DNA of 64,000 nucleotides from an uncultured Syntrophomonadaceae bacterium (GTDB lineage: Bacteria > Bacillota > Dethiobacteria > DTU022). The translations under genes and the position numbers were made by a program. Where the stretch lies: contig CAYXQO010000003.1 in NCBI GenBank assembly GCA_964467475.1, positions 48,819 to 112,818 of the forward strand, given 5' to 3'. The notes beneath the pieces are model-generated. The model was not told where the DNA came from and did no database searches. It was given only the letters and a program-made list of their open reading frames with translations. Shown here one piece after another: positions 1-9,316 of the stretch (positions are counted from its first letter, which is position 1; every line of letters starts with the position of its first letter).

Positions 1-241
1 AAAAATATTTTTAAGTGGATGCCGGGTTATCGCCTGGGTTAGCCTTGTGGATCTTTTCAGAGGTTAAGGGGGCCATTGAGTGAATGAAAAATACCGGCTG
101 TTACTTACTTTCTGAATGCCCTTTATGATTATATTCACAGGGTTTTGCAATGGTTGCAAGGAATTTACAGGTAAAAAAGTAGCCTTTTTAACTTGACTTC
201 ATGCCAAAAAACTATTAAAATTAATTACCGTAAAGGGATAT

Positions 242-316
242 GGGCGAATAGCTCAGCGGGAGAGCACCTGCCTTACAAGCAGGGGGTCGTAGGTTCGAAA
301 CCTACTTCGCCCACCA
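242..316 (+). tRNA. tRNA-Val (anticodon TAC)
   Basis: Cloverleaf read directly. The acceptor stem is GGGCGAA/TTCGCCC, the D-arm GCTC/GAGC, the anticodon stem CCTGC/GCAGG with loop CTTACAA, and the T-arm GTAGG-TTCGAAA-CCTAC. CCA is encoded. The overlapping ORF 193..414 is spurious. Confidence 0.9.
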
Positions 317-432
317 CCATTTTGGGCTTTTGGAACTTAGGCATAAAGCGAACTAAGTCCAAAAGCCTTTTTAGTAGCCGGGATGTTGCACTTACTACCC
401 GGCGGCGATATTAATGAAAAGCGAGGGATAAC

Positions 433-1011
433 ATGGAGACGAAAAAACCTTCTCGTGAAGAAGCGATGGCGTTGTTAAAGAAACACAACAAAAATGATGC
501 TTTGATCAACCATGCTCTGGCAGTGGAAGCAGTAATGAAACATTTTGCAGAAAAGTTTGGTGAGGATGTGGAAAAATGGCGGGTTATCGGCCTGGTCCAT
601 GACCTGGATTATGAAAAATATCCCGATGAGCATTGCCATAAAACAAGGGAAATGTTAGAAGAGGAAGGTTACCCTGAGGAATATATCAGGGCGATCCAGA
701 GCCACGGGTGGAAAATTTGCACCGATGTGGAGCCAGTTGAAAAAATGGAGAAGGTGCTTTATGCGATAGATGAGCTAACTGGTCTGATTGTTGCTACTGT
801 TTTAATGCGGCCGAGTAAAAGCATAATGGACTTGACTGCTAAATCAGTAAAGAAGAAATGGAAGCAAAAAGGTTTCGCCGCCGGGGTGGATCGCGGCATA
901 ATCGAAGAAGGGGCCAACCTTTTAGGTATGGAAACAGGGGAATTGATCGAAGAAACTATCAAAGGTATGCAAACTGCTGCTGATGAACTGGGTCTCAGGG
1001 GAAACTTATAA
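433..1011 (+). CDS. HD-domain phosphohydrolase (HDIG-like), 192 aa
   Basis: Contains the motif H..H..LVHDLDYEKY typical of the HD superfamily. A GGAG-like RBS lies upstream. Confidence 0.7.
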   Translation: METKKPSREEAMALLKKHNKNDALINHALAVEAVMKHFAEKFGEDVEKWRVIGLVHDLDYEKYPDEHCHKTREMLEEEGYPEEYIRAIQSHGWKICTDVEPVEKMEKVLYAIDELTGLIVATVLMRPSKSIMDLTAKSVKKKWKQKGFAAGVDRGIIEEGANLLGMETGELIEETIKGMQTAADELGLRGNL

Positions 1012-1054
1012 TTACCGGGCTGCCGGAAAATTATTCAGTTGCTATCAGTCCCGC

Positions 1055-1708
1055 TCAGCAGTATTTTTTCCAGGTTGCTGAAGATTTTAGGCACTCGCGG
1101 TACATTTGCAGTCGGTAGATTACCCCTCGGGTAAACCCGTACTTGGCTTCTTTCATGTGATGAGTAAGGCCTTTTAACTGTGGATAAGAAACAGGGTGTC
1201 CCTTGTAAGCCGCATATTTACTTAAAAATATTTCTACACCGAATCTGCTCCATGAAAGATCGGGCAGTTCTTCTACAAAGCTTTGTTTTAGGCCTCTTTG
1301 CCCGTTCAGGATATCAAAAAAGCGGTGGGCCAGGTCGGTAATTGTTCTGCCTCCGTGAAAAACACCCACTGTCATGTCATAATTACTGTTTTCATGAAGG
1401 GGGGCCAGCAGGGCATTTAAGTGTTGATGGTGCAGGTTGATTAAATCGGCATCGACAAAGAGCCAGTAATCCGTTTTGCCGATATACTCGATCCCTGCTT
1501 GCAGGGCGGCTCCCTTACCCAGATTGCGCGCAAACTGCACGATTTCTACAGGATAGTATTTTGCTGCTTGAGCTGTATTATCAGTTGACCCGTCATCTAT
1601 TACCACTACCCTTTTAGAAACCTCATAACTACAAATAACATCAAGAACGGGGCTTATACGCGGTCCTTCGTTATAAGCTGGAACTAGAATAGCTATTTCC
1701 TTGTTCAA
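1055..1708 (-). CDS. Family 2 glycosyltransferase (short form, ~217 aa)
   Basis: Carries the ILVPAYNEGP...VVVIDDGSTDNT GT2 signature. The start is placed at TTG 1708..1706 behind an AGGAGG RBS. The longer ORF reaching 1894 has no RBS. Confidence 0.7.
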   Translation of the reverse strand: MNKEIAILVPAYNEGPRISPVLDVICSYEVSKRVVVIDDGSTDNTAQAAKYYPVEIVQFARNLGKGAALQAGIEYIGKTDYWLFVDADLINLHHQHLNALLAPLHENSNYDMTVGVFHGGRTITDLAHRFFDILNGQRGLKQSFVEELPDLSWSRFGVEIFLSKYAAYKGHPVSYPQLKGLTHHMKEAKYGFTRGVIYRLQMYRECLKSSATWKKYC

Positions 1709-1905
1709 TTTAAGCCTCCTCAAACTTTTATTTAATACTAATTCTTGGTTTTGTCCTGTAATTCCTTTTTTATTGAAACGGTTGACTTTTTTGATTGCTG
1801 CACAGCTGAACAAACTATAATGAATGTTATAATTAAATAGGCAATACCAGGATAGTGTTATAAAAGGGAAGTGTGTGAATTGGTAGATAGCCACAATAAA
1901 AAAGT

Positions 1906-2989
1906 AATGGTTGCTATGAGCGGCGGAGTGGATAGCTCAGTCGCGGCCCTGCTTCTTAAAGACGCTGGTTATAAAGTTATTGGCGCAACCATGCGCATTT
2001 GGGTCGATCCAATGTCTGAAGAGCGCGCCGATGAAGAGGCCGGGAGCTGCTGTTCTTATAAAGATGTACTGGATGCGAAAAAAGTTGCTGCTTTGCTTGA
2101 CATACCCCACTATGTGTTGAACATGAAAGACGAATTTTACAGGGACATAGTCTGCCATTTTACTTCAGAATACATGCAAGGAAGAACCCCGAATCCCTGT
2201 GTCGAATGCAACCGGACAGTTAAATTTCACCATCTTCTGCAGAAGGCTAAAGGACTGGGAATTGATTATTTAGCCACCGGCCATTATGTCCGGAACCCAT
2301 ACGATCAGGAAAGCGGTTGTTTTAAGTTGATGCGTGGCCGGGACCATCACAAAGATCAGAGCTATATGTTGTATATGCTCGGGCAGAGGGAACTGAGCTC
2401 CGCATTTTTCCCTGTCGGTGATAAAACAAAGCAGGAGATCAGGGAAATTGCCGAAGCAGGAGGGCTTAAAGTAGCCGGTAAAGAAGAAAGCCAGGAAATA
2501 TGCTTTATTCCCGATAATGATTACCGTTCTTTTATGGAACGAATGCGTCCTGAAGTTGTCCAACCTGGGGATATAGTTAATACAACGGGAGAAAAATTGG
2601 GGCGTCATCACGGCATAGCCTTTTATACTATAGGCCAGCGCAGGGGATTGGGTATAACTGCTTCTGAACCTCTATACGTTATCAAGATTGATCCCAGAAA
2701 CAACCGTATAGTGGTGGGGGAAGAAAAAGATACATACAGCAGAGGTCTGGTTGCTGAAAACTTGAATTATGTGGTCGGTGAAGCTCCGGTAGGACCGATC
2801 CAGGTTGAAGTGAAAATCCGTTACCGGGCCCCAGCTGTTCCGGCAATACTTTATCCACCGGTCAAAGACCTGGCCCGGATAGAATTTCTGGAAGCTCAAA
2901 AAGCGGTTACTCCCGGTCAATCCGCGGTTTTTTATAAAGGTGAAGAAGTGTTGGGCGGGGGAATTATCAAAGAACCGCTTTCCCGCTAA
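1906..2989 (+). CDS. mnmA: tRNA-specific 2-thiouridylase MnmA
   Basis: PP-loop motif MSGGVDSSVAA plus the conserved C-terminal domain. An alternative start lies at 1871. Confidence 0.9.
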
Positions 2990-3075
2990 AATAAATTGCT
3001 ATTTAACCGTGCTGCATTTTAGATGGTTAACTTTGGAGCAATTTTTGCGATGCAATGCTAAGTATCCTTGCTGGT

Positions 3076-4278
3076 TTATGAGTTTGTTCGAGAAAAAAGA
3101 TGTCTTAGTTTACCCAGGAAGCCTTTCTTTTCTTCTTCAGCAGTGCTTTCTTCTCTTTCTGCAGTTAAAGGCAGCAGTTTTTCGGCTATTGATACTACGC
3201 ACCGGGATGCAGGTGTGAGGGGGTTGTAGAGCACAAAAGGCCTAAATTGCTTGACCGATTTTACGACATTATCATCTTTGACAATGTGTCCGATTGTCTG
3301 GGGGGTTAAATCGAGGAAGCGGTCGGTTACATCAGTAAGTCTTGTAGATACTTTTTTAGCCTCAGTAAGATTCTCAACCAGGTTAAAGACAAGCTTTATA
3401 GGAGGCTGAAACTCATTTTTAGTAAGCACTTTAATTATAGCGTAGGCATCAGAAATCGAGTGCGGTTCAGGAGTAATAACTACTACAATTTCATCTGCTG
3501 CCATGGCAAATTCAACTACATTCCTGGATATCCCCGACCCGGTGTCAATCATGATGATATCGGCGTCTTCTTCAAGGGGTTTTAGCATGCTTACTATCCT
3601 GCCGAGTTCATCCTCGGGAAGCTCAGTCAGAGATTGTAGGCCCGATCCACCAGGAATAACTTGAACCCCTTCCGGTCCTTCAACTATAATATCCCTCAAA
3701 TTCATTTCCCTGTCCTCAACCAGGGTGTTTATAGTATATTTAGACTGTAGGCCCAACAAAACATCGACATTGGCGGTGCCCAGGTCAGCATCTAACAAGT
3801 ATACTTTTTGACCTCGCTGAGAAAGAGCAATGGCGGTATTGATCACAAAATTAGTTTTTCCGGTGCCTCCTTTGCCACTGGTTACTGCAATTACCTTGGG
3901 GCGTTTTTTCTTGTTGTCGCTTTGTTTTGGTTTATAGCCAGGGATTTTATCCTGGTTTTCTTTCTGGTTATTTAGTACTGCAACGTTTTCTTTTCCTGTT
4001 TCATTAATATTGTCTTTCATTTTTTTACCGGGTTTAAATGCAGGGACCCTGGCAGAAGGCACGGTGATCATCTCCTTGGTGTGCAGGTGCCGAATTCGTT
4101 TAAGAGAGCGTTCTTTTATCTTAAATGTTCCAAATCCTTTTATACTCACACTTTCTCCCCGGGCTAAGCTCTCGCCTATGGAGTTAATTGTGGCCTCTAC
4201 AATTTTTTTTGCTTCACGATTTGTAATGTTTGCTTTTTCAGCTGTTTTTTTTACCAGGTCATTTTTATTCATGTTCAT
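3076..4278 (-). CDS. Fusion protein with an N-terminal HU/IHF-like DNA-binding domain and a C-terminal MinD/FlhG-family P-loop ATPase
   Basis: Residues 1-90 resemble HU (NKNDLVKK...GFGTFKIKER...R.P.FKPGK). After a K/N-rich linker comes the deviant Walker A VTSGKGGTGKTNF and DADLG, very similar to FlhG at 47787. The ATG start has a GGGGG RBS. Confidence 0.75.
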   Translation of the reverse strand: MNMNKNDLVKKTAEKANITNREAKKIVEATINSIGESLARGESVSIKGFGTFKIKERSLKRIRHLHTKEMITVPSARVPAFKPGKKMKDNINETGKENVAVLNNQKENQDKIPGYKPKQSDNKKKRPKVIAVTSGKGGTGKTNFVINTAIALSQRGQKVYLLDADLGTANVDVLLGLQSKYTINTLVEDREMNLRDIIVEGPEGVQVIPGGSGLQSLTELPEDELGRIVSMLKPLEEDADIIMIDTGSGISRNVVEFAMAADEIVVVITPEPHSISDAYAIIKVLTKNEFQPPIKLVFNLVENLTEAKKVSTRLTDVTDRFLDLTPQTIGHIVKDDNVVKSVKQFRPFVLYNPLTPASRCVVSIAEKLLPLTAEREESTAEEEKKGFLGKLRHLFSRTNS

Positions 4279-4509
4279 TTATTCCCCCGATGATAAAGAA
4301 GGTAAATACATATTCAACAAAAATGTACTTCTATCCTGCAAATCCGTCTATCTCCCCTGTATTATATTTCGGCAGGAATTAATTTTAATTTAGAGAAGCA
4401 TTAAAGCTAAAAAGATTATTATATTAGTAGCACCTGGAACCCTTTAATTTTAAACTTCGTGCTTAAGAAAAAAAGAAAGCTGCCGAATATTTAGGTAGAG
4501 GTGAAAAAT

Positions 4510-5322
4510 ATGGCCAGTTTTGGCGATAAATTGCGTTATAAGAGAATGGGAATGGGGCTATCTCTGAAAGAAGCTTCGAAGAAAGCAAAGATCAAACAAA
4601 AACATTTAAAAGCCCTGGAAGAGGAAAACCTTCTTATTTTCTCGGATAAAGAAAGTATAATCGAGTTGATTAAGAAATATGCTCCAGTGGTGGGTATTGA
4701 CCAGGTAGAGTTAATTGATGATTTTAATGTTCTTTGGACCGATTCAAGGATGGCCAAAGCCTACTTGCAGCAGAGCTTCAATAAGCAAAAAACTTATAAT
4801 CTCGGACTTGAGAGAATACCGGTCTACGGTACAATTATTCTTGCAGCCGCACTGTTTTTGTCGGTTGGTGGTTTTTTGGTATGGGAATATGTGATTGATT
4901 TTTCACCTCTAGGAGAAGAAAGGGCTCATCAAACGGAAGCCGGTCCGGAGACACTCCCTGAAAAAGAATTTATGCTGGGCGAAGACCACACATTGAAGGA
5001 AGAAGCTAAACGTGATCTTTCCGCAAAAAGCGATCCCGGGGAAAAAGAGTATATCGAGGGTTCGAAGCAGTTTGCAGAAAGGACAAGCGAGGAACTTGCC
5101 GAAGAAAATAAAGAAAAAGCGGAAAAAAAAGAGGTAGAAGATGACACCTATTTATTGGAAGAAGAAGGAGCACCGGTTCCCCGTACGGGCGGAAATTACA
5201 ACCTCTTTTACACGGGGCTTTCTTTCTTAATCGGTGGATTATTACTGTTGTTCTGCACCAAGAATCCCTTTTATCAATTTCTGACGAAAGCTCCCCTTTT
5301 ATCTAAAAACCTACCCAAATAA
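4510..5322 (+). CDS. RodZ-like protein (XRE-type HTH followed by transmembrane segments)
   Basis: N-terminal FGDKLRYKRMGMGLSLKEASKKAKIKQKHLKALEEENL matches the RodZ HTH. Two hydrophobic segments follow, with an acidic linker. Confidence 0.6.
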   Translation: MASFGDKLRYKRMGMGLSLKEASKKAKIKQKHLKALEEENLLIFSDKESIIELIKKYAPVVGIDQVELIDDFNVLWTDSRMAKAYLQQSFNKQKTYNLGLERIPVYGTIILAAALFLSVGGFLVWEYVIDFSPLGEERAHQTEAGPETLPEKEFMLGEDHTLKEEAKRDLSAKSDPGEKEYIEGSKQFAERTSEELAEENKEKAEKKEVEDDTYLLEEEGAPVPRTGGNYNLFYTGLSFLIGGLLLLFCTKNPFYQFLTKAPLLSKNLPK

Positions 5323-5541
5323 AGCCGCAAAAATATGGGAGCAGTTTCCACTGTTCGTTTATTTTTTCTCAAGATTTTAGTTTGTACTACTAAAACATCA
5401 CCGGTTGTAATATGGTTTTCCCCCCCGATTTGCTTTTGAACGCAAATTTTAATATTATATTAGCAGGAAATAGAAGCCATATTGCGAAATAATACACAAA
5501 CGTAAAGAAATAACGGGCCGGGAAAGGATGGCGCCGCAAGT

Positions 5542-5808
5542 ATGCTTGTACTTACAAGAAAAGCCCAACAAAGTATCATGATTGGTGAAGATATCGAGGT
5601 AATGGTTGCCTCTATTGATGGCAATTCAGTGCGTATCGGGATCAGGGCACCGAAAGATATAAAAATCCTTCGTAAAGAAACATTTGAAGAAGTTCGCATG
5701 GAAAACCTTAGGGCTATTGAGGCCGCGGCAAAATATACCGGGGAGATAGACGGAATCCTTACTCAAGGACAGTCTCAGGAAGAACCAAAAAAACAGCAGG
5801 ATGATTGA
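5542..5808 (+). CDS. csrA: Carbon storage regulator CsrA
   Basis: MLVLTRK..SIMIGEDIEV.V......VRIGI.APKDI.ILR.E is the canonical CsrA fold sequence. Confidence 0.9.
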   Translation: MLVLTRKAQQSIMIGEDIEVMVASIDGNSVRIGIRAPKDIKILRKETFEEVRMENLRAIEAAAKYTGEIDGILTQGQSQEEPKKQQDD

Positions 5809-5870
5809 TTAAAAGCTCCTTTTCTACTCGGTTATGTTTTAACGAGGACTTAAAGGGGAGATGCAGGGCT

Positions 5871-6254
5871 ATGAAAATAGATGGTATAGATCCCTTGTTG
5901 TTAAATAAAATCAAGGAACAACAGGCCTTAAAAGAGGTTCAACCAGCGGAAAAATCTGCTGCGGAAACCCGGGTTACCAGGGAGGGCCGTTCCGGTCAAG
6001 AACGCGATAAAACGCTTTCTGGTAATGCTTACGAACAAAAAGTTCGCGAAACCATTGACAGGCTTAACAGGGATGCTAAAAATGAAGGGCAACCACTACG
6101 ATTCAGTGTGCATAAAGAATCAAAACTGTGGCACATTGAAGTTTATGATATCGAAAACAATAAAAAAATCCGGGAAATTCCTACCGAAAAAGCCCTCGAA
6201 GTTGCCAACCGAATGCAAAGTCTTTTCGGTATTTTAATGGACGAGAAAAGGTAA
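5871..6254 (+). CDS. flaG: Flagellar protein FlaG
   Basis: The C-terminal LRFSVHKESKLWHIEVYDIENNKKIREIP matches the FlaG family. The start is at ATG 5871 behind an AAAGGGGAG RBS. The longer ORF from 5805 has no RBS. Confidence 0.75.
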   Translation: MKIDGIDPLLLNKIKEQQALKEVQPAEKSAAETRVTREGRSGQERDKTLSGNAYEQKVRETIDRLNRDAKNEGQPLRFSVHKESKLWHIEVYDIENNKKIREIPTEKALEVANRMQSLFGILMDEKR

Positions 6255-6464
6255 TCAATTTTAATCTCAGAAACAATTGACCATACCGTTGAATTAAAGA
6301 GTACATTTTTTTTGGAAGAGGGTTGCAATTATTAGCTATATATGTTAGGCTCAATTAACAATTGAAGAGTGAAACGATATAACTAACAATGATAGTCTAA
6401 AAAGTGTTAGTTATATTTATAACCCAAATGTTAGGTAGTACTAAGTAGTGGATTTCACTTTGCT

Positions 6465-8240
6465 TTGATGATTGTTAAGAGGTTATGCCCGGATTGTGAG
6501 TGTGATGCTGTTATGTTTAAAAATGTTTTGCCATGGTTAATTTGGATAGGTATCATAACCCTGGCAGTTTTCTATTTTGGTTTAGATGAAATAACTCTAG
6601 TTTTGGGAGAAGCAGAATGGAGCACAATGTTGCTGCTTACCGGGCTACAGGTCGGCACCTTAAGTATAACTGCATACCAGTGGCAATTTTTGATTAACAA
6701 GAGCAGTGGAAACATTACTTTGGGCAGATCATTAGCGATTAACCTGGCCGGGAATTACGTGGAAAGTGTTACTCCTTCAGTGAAGGTCGGCGGGGAATCA
6801 GCTAAAATTTTTTTACTTCATAAACACACTGCTCTACCATACCAACAGTTAGCCGGTATTATGCTCGCTCTCAAGTATTTTTCACTGCTTCCGTTCCTGG
6901 GTTTAATTTCTGTGGCCCTGGGTACTGCTTTTTTTATATATGAATTGCCCCGGATAATATTGCCGGTTTTTCTGGTTTTCCTGTTATTCTTTTTATTGAT
7001 TGCCTGGTTCCATTTGAAAAGTGGAAAGGATAAGTCAGGCGTGCAGCGAGAGGAAAATAAAGGCACCGGTCAACCCGGGGAAACTGCGGAAGCCGGCTAT
7101 GAATATCGTGACCTTGCATCTGGTAAAAGGCTTAAAGCTTTCTTTAAAAAGAAAGCTCTATCACTGAGTAACTTCGTTCAACGTGCATCTTTTTATTCAC
7201 GGGGATTGGTGAGCACTGAAGAAAGCGTTCTTCTGGTTGTTTTTTCTGGGTTAATCTGGGTACTGTATCCACTGAAGGTTTACCTGGTAGCCCGGATGAT
7301 CGGTTTAGAGGCCGGACTGGTTACCGTTACTATAGCTACCTTTACCGCTTACCTGGTAAGCATGGTTCCGCTTTTGCCGGGCGGGTTGGGTTCTTTTGAA
7401 GGAACTATGGCATTGATGTTTACTGTAAGTGGACTGCCCCCTGCAGAAGGCTTAACGGTAGCGCTTCTAACCCGTTTAATCACCTTCTGGTTTCCTCTCT
7501 TGTTATCATCTATAAGTGCAGGATACCTTGCTTTAAATCATAACCACTATACGCAATTAAAAAGAACAAATGTAACTGATTTTTATCATGGTACTACCCT
7601 TGGTCAAAATTCTGGAAGGAACGCCAAAAAAGATTCTCCTTTTTTTAGTTTGTCACAGAAAATGGAAAGCATTGCCGCCCGTTCAGCATTTGTTGCTTTC
7701 TTATATCATAAAATATTTTATAAAAAAATGTTGGAAAAGGAATTTTACCTGGCCGAGTTAAAACCGGGAAGCACTGTTTTGCACATCGGAAGCGGTGCTT
7801 ATCCTTATACAGCTTTCTACCTGGCAGATAAAGGTTTTAAAGTCGAAGCCCTGGATTGCAACGAGAAAGCGGTTGTGGAAGCGGAAAACCTAATCAAAAA
7901 AATGAGTTATGATGATAAAATTAATACGCTTTATGGCAATGGGGTTAATTTAAAGGGAAAAAGCTATGACGCGATATGGGTTTCGTTAAACATTTCTCCC
8001 AAAGAAAAGGTTTTACAGAACGCTTATTTCTTGCTTAAAGATAGCGGGGTGCTGGTTTATCGCAATCTTCCACCGTGGGTGGGCAAGAACCGCTGTTCAA
8101 CAAACGGTTTAAACTGGCCGGGTGAATATGTGGCAAACAAATGCACTTCTTTACTGGGCACGGAAAGCCTGGTAGTTCAAAAGATATCAAAACCGGTGCA
8201 GCAGGGTATTCCCCGTGCATGTTGTAGTGTGCGTAATTGA
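6465..8240 (+). CDS. Membrane protein: flippase-like (lysyl-PG synthase TM-type) N-terminal domain fused to a C-terminal Rossmann/methyltransferase-like domain
   Basis: About 8 TM helices with UPF0104-like character. The C-terminus carries VLHIGSGAYPYTA...EALDCNEKAV (a GxGxG SAM-fold motif). The start is ambiguous. Confidence 0.55.
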   Translation: MMIVKRLCPDCECDAVMFKNVLPWLIWIGIITLAVFYFGLDEITLVLGEAEWSTMLLLTGLQVGTLSITAYQWQFLINKSSGNITLGRSLAINLAGNYVESVTPSVKVGGESAKIFLLHKHTALPYQQLAGIMLALKYFSLLPFLGLISVALGTAFFIYELPRIILPVFLVFLLFFLLIAWFHLKSGKDKSGVQREENKGTGQPGETAEAGYEYRDLASGKRLKAFFKKKALSLSNFVQRASFYSRGLVSTEESVLLVVFSGLIWVLYPLKVYLVARMIGLEAGLVTVTIATFTAYLVSMVPLLPGGLGSFEGTMALMFTVSGLPPAEGLTVALLTRLITFWFPLLLSSISAGYLALNHNHYTQLKRTNVTDFYHGTTLGQNSGRNAKKDSPFFSLSQKMESIAARSAFVAFLYHKIFYKKMLEKEFYLAELKPGSTVLHIGSGAYPYTAFYLADKGFKVEALDCNEKAVVEAENLIKKMSYDDKINTLYGNGVNLKGKSYDAIWVSLNISPKEKVLQNAYFLLKDSGVLVYRNLPPWVGKNRCSTNGLNWPGEYVANKCTSLLGTESLVVQKISKPVQQGIPRACCSVRN

Positions 8241-8269
8241 TGAACCTTCAGATAGAAAGGAGAAAAAAA

Positions 8270-8845
8270 ATGAGTATCATCCCGTCAATTGTTGCAGCGA
8301 TGGAGAAAAAAGCAGCGACCAGTTCTCTGCTGGTTGCCCTTTATTCACGTATATATAATGAAGTAATCCGTAACGAAATTTCCCTGGCCGGAATTACTGC
8401 AGGCGACCTGGTTGTAAATGTCGGCTGTGGAGGTATTCCTTTTTCTGCTATCCAGGTAGCCAGGCTTACTGGAGCCCGGGTTTTGGCTATAGATTGCGAC
8501 GAGGATGCTGTCCATAGCGCACGCAGGTGTATTTCCTCACTTGGAATGGAAGGGCAGGTTGAAGTTGCCTGCGCAGATGGCAGCAAACCACTACCGGTTG
8601 AATTTGATGTTGCCCTGGTTGCCCTGCAGGCTGAACCTAAAAAACTTTTGCTCGATAACCTTATGGCAGGATGCACTTCCCATGGTCGCCTGGTATTCAG
8701 GCAGCCAAGAAGAGAACTGTCGCATCAGTATGATTTACTGCCTGATGAACCAGCTTATTGCGACGAGATCAAGCAAAAGCAGGTTACTTTCGACTCCTCT
8801 GTGCTTTATATTAGTGGTTGTATCGTAGATAAGGAAACGAAGTAA
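8270..8845 (+). CDS. Rossmann-fold methyltransferase-like protein, paralogous to the C-terminus of the upstream gene
   Basis: VVNVGCGGIPFSAIQVARLTGARVLAIDCDEDAV parallels the upstream C-terminal domain. ATG 8270 follows an AAGGAG RBS. Confidence 0.55.
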   Translation: MSIIPSIVAAMEKKAATSSLLVALYSRIYNEVIRNEISLAGITAGDLVVNVGCGGIPFSAIQVARLTGARVLAIDCDEDAVHSARRCISSLGMEGQVEVACADGSKPLPVEFDVALVALQAEPKKLLLDNLMAGCTSHGRLVFRQPRRELSHQYDLLPDEPAYCDEIKQKQVTFDSSVLYISGCIVDKETK

Positions 8846-9316
8846 TTATGTTCGGGTAAGCCCATGCTTTGTTTGAGAGGCCGCAACATCTAATATAAAG
8901 CAACGGAACAGGCAAAATAATATTTGACTAAATCAAATATTGAAACCACCAAATAAAAATCTATTTACATAATGCTTGAAAATGAGGCCTTTATTCTGTG
9001 ACAAAGGGGATGGTCTCATTTTATTACACATGCAGGTAAGCGGTTGTAACGGTCATTGAGGCATAGTTTGTAGATAGGTTGACTTGAGCGCCAAAGAGGG
9101 GTGTGGTTCGAGCGTGCATAAGCGCAGACGAAGGCCGAAGAGAAAGATGTTGGAAGTATCGTCTCTGGCTTGTATTTTGATTGAATAGTTCTTCCACAAA
9201 ATATTCTCTTAATCTCATTGCTGTGGTAGAATGTTCACAGGCTTGAATACACAGGGAATTCATAAGGGCTTAATTCTGTTACCCTAAAGCTAAAAAAGCC
9301 GGTTCGAGGTGGTTAT

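Noticed and set aside
193-414. 73-aa ORF overlapping tRNA-Val
   Set aside because: The ORF is entirely explained by the tRNA gene and its flank. No RBS.
1012-1054. Hairpin CCGGGCTGCCGG between the convergent HD hydrolase and glycosyltransferase genes as a bidirectional terminator
   Set aside because: Only a 4-bp stem. The U-tract is weak on the plus strand. Too marginal to call.
1709-1894. N-terminal extension of the glycosyltransferase ORF to 279 aa
   Set aside because: No RBS at the upstream end. A strong AGGAGG lies 6 nt before the in-frame TTG at 1708. The GT2 domain begins right after this start.
9024-9263. 79-aa minus-strand ORF inside the nucleotidase leader
   Set aside because: No RBS and low-complexity translation. 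The region is better explained as a noncoding leader.
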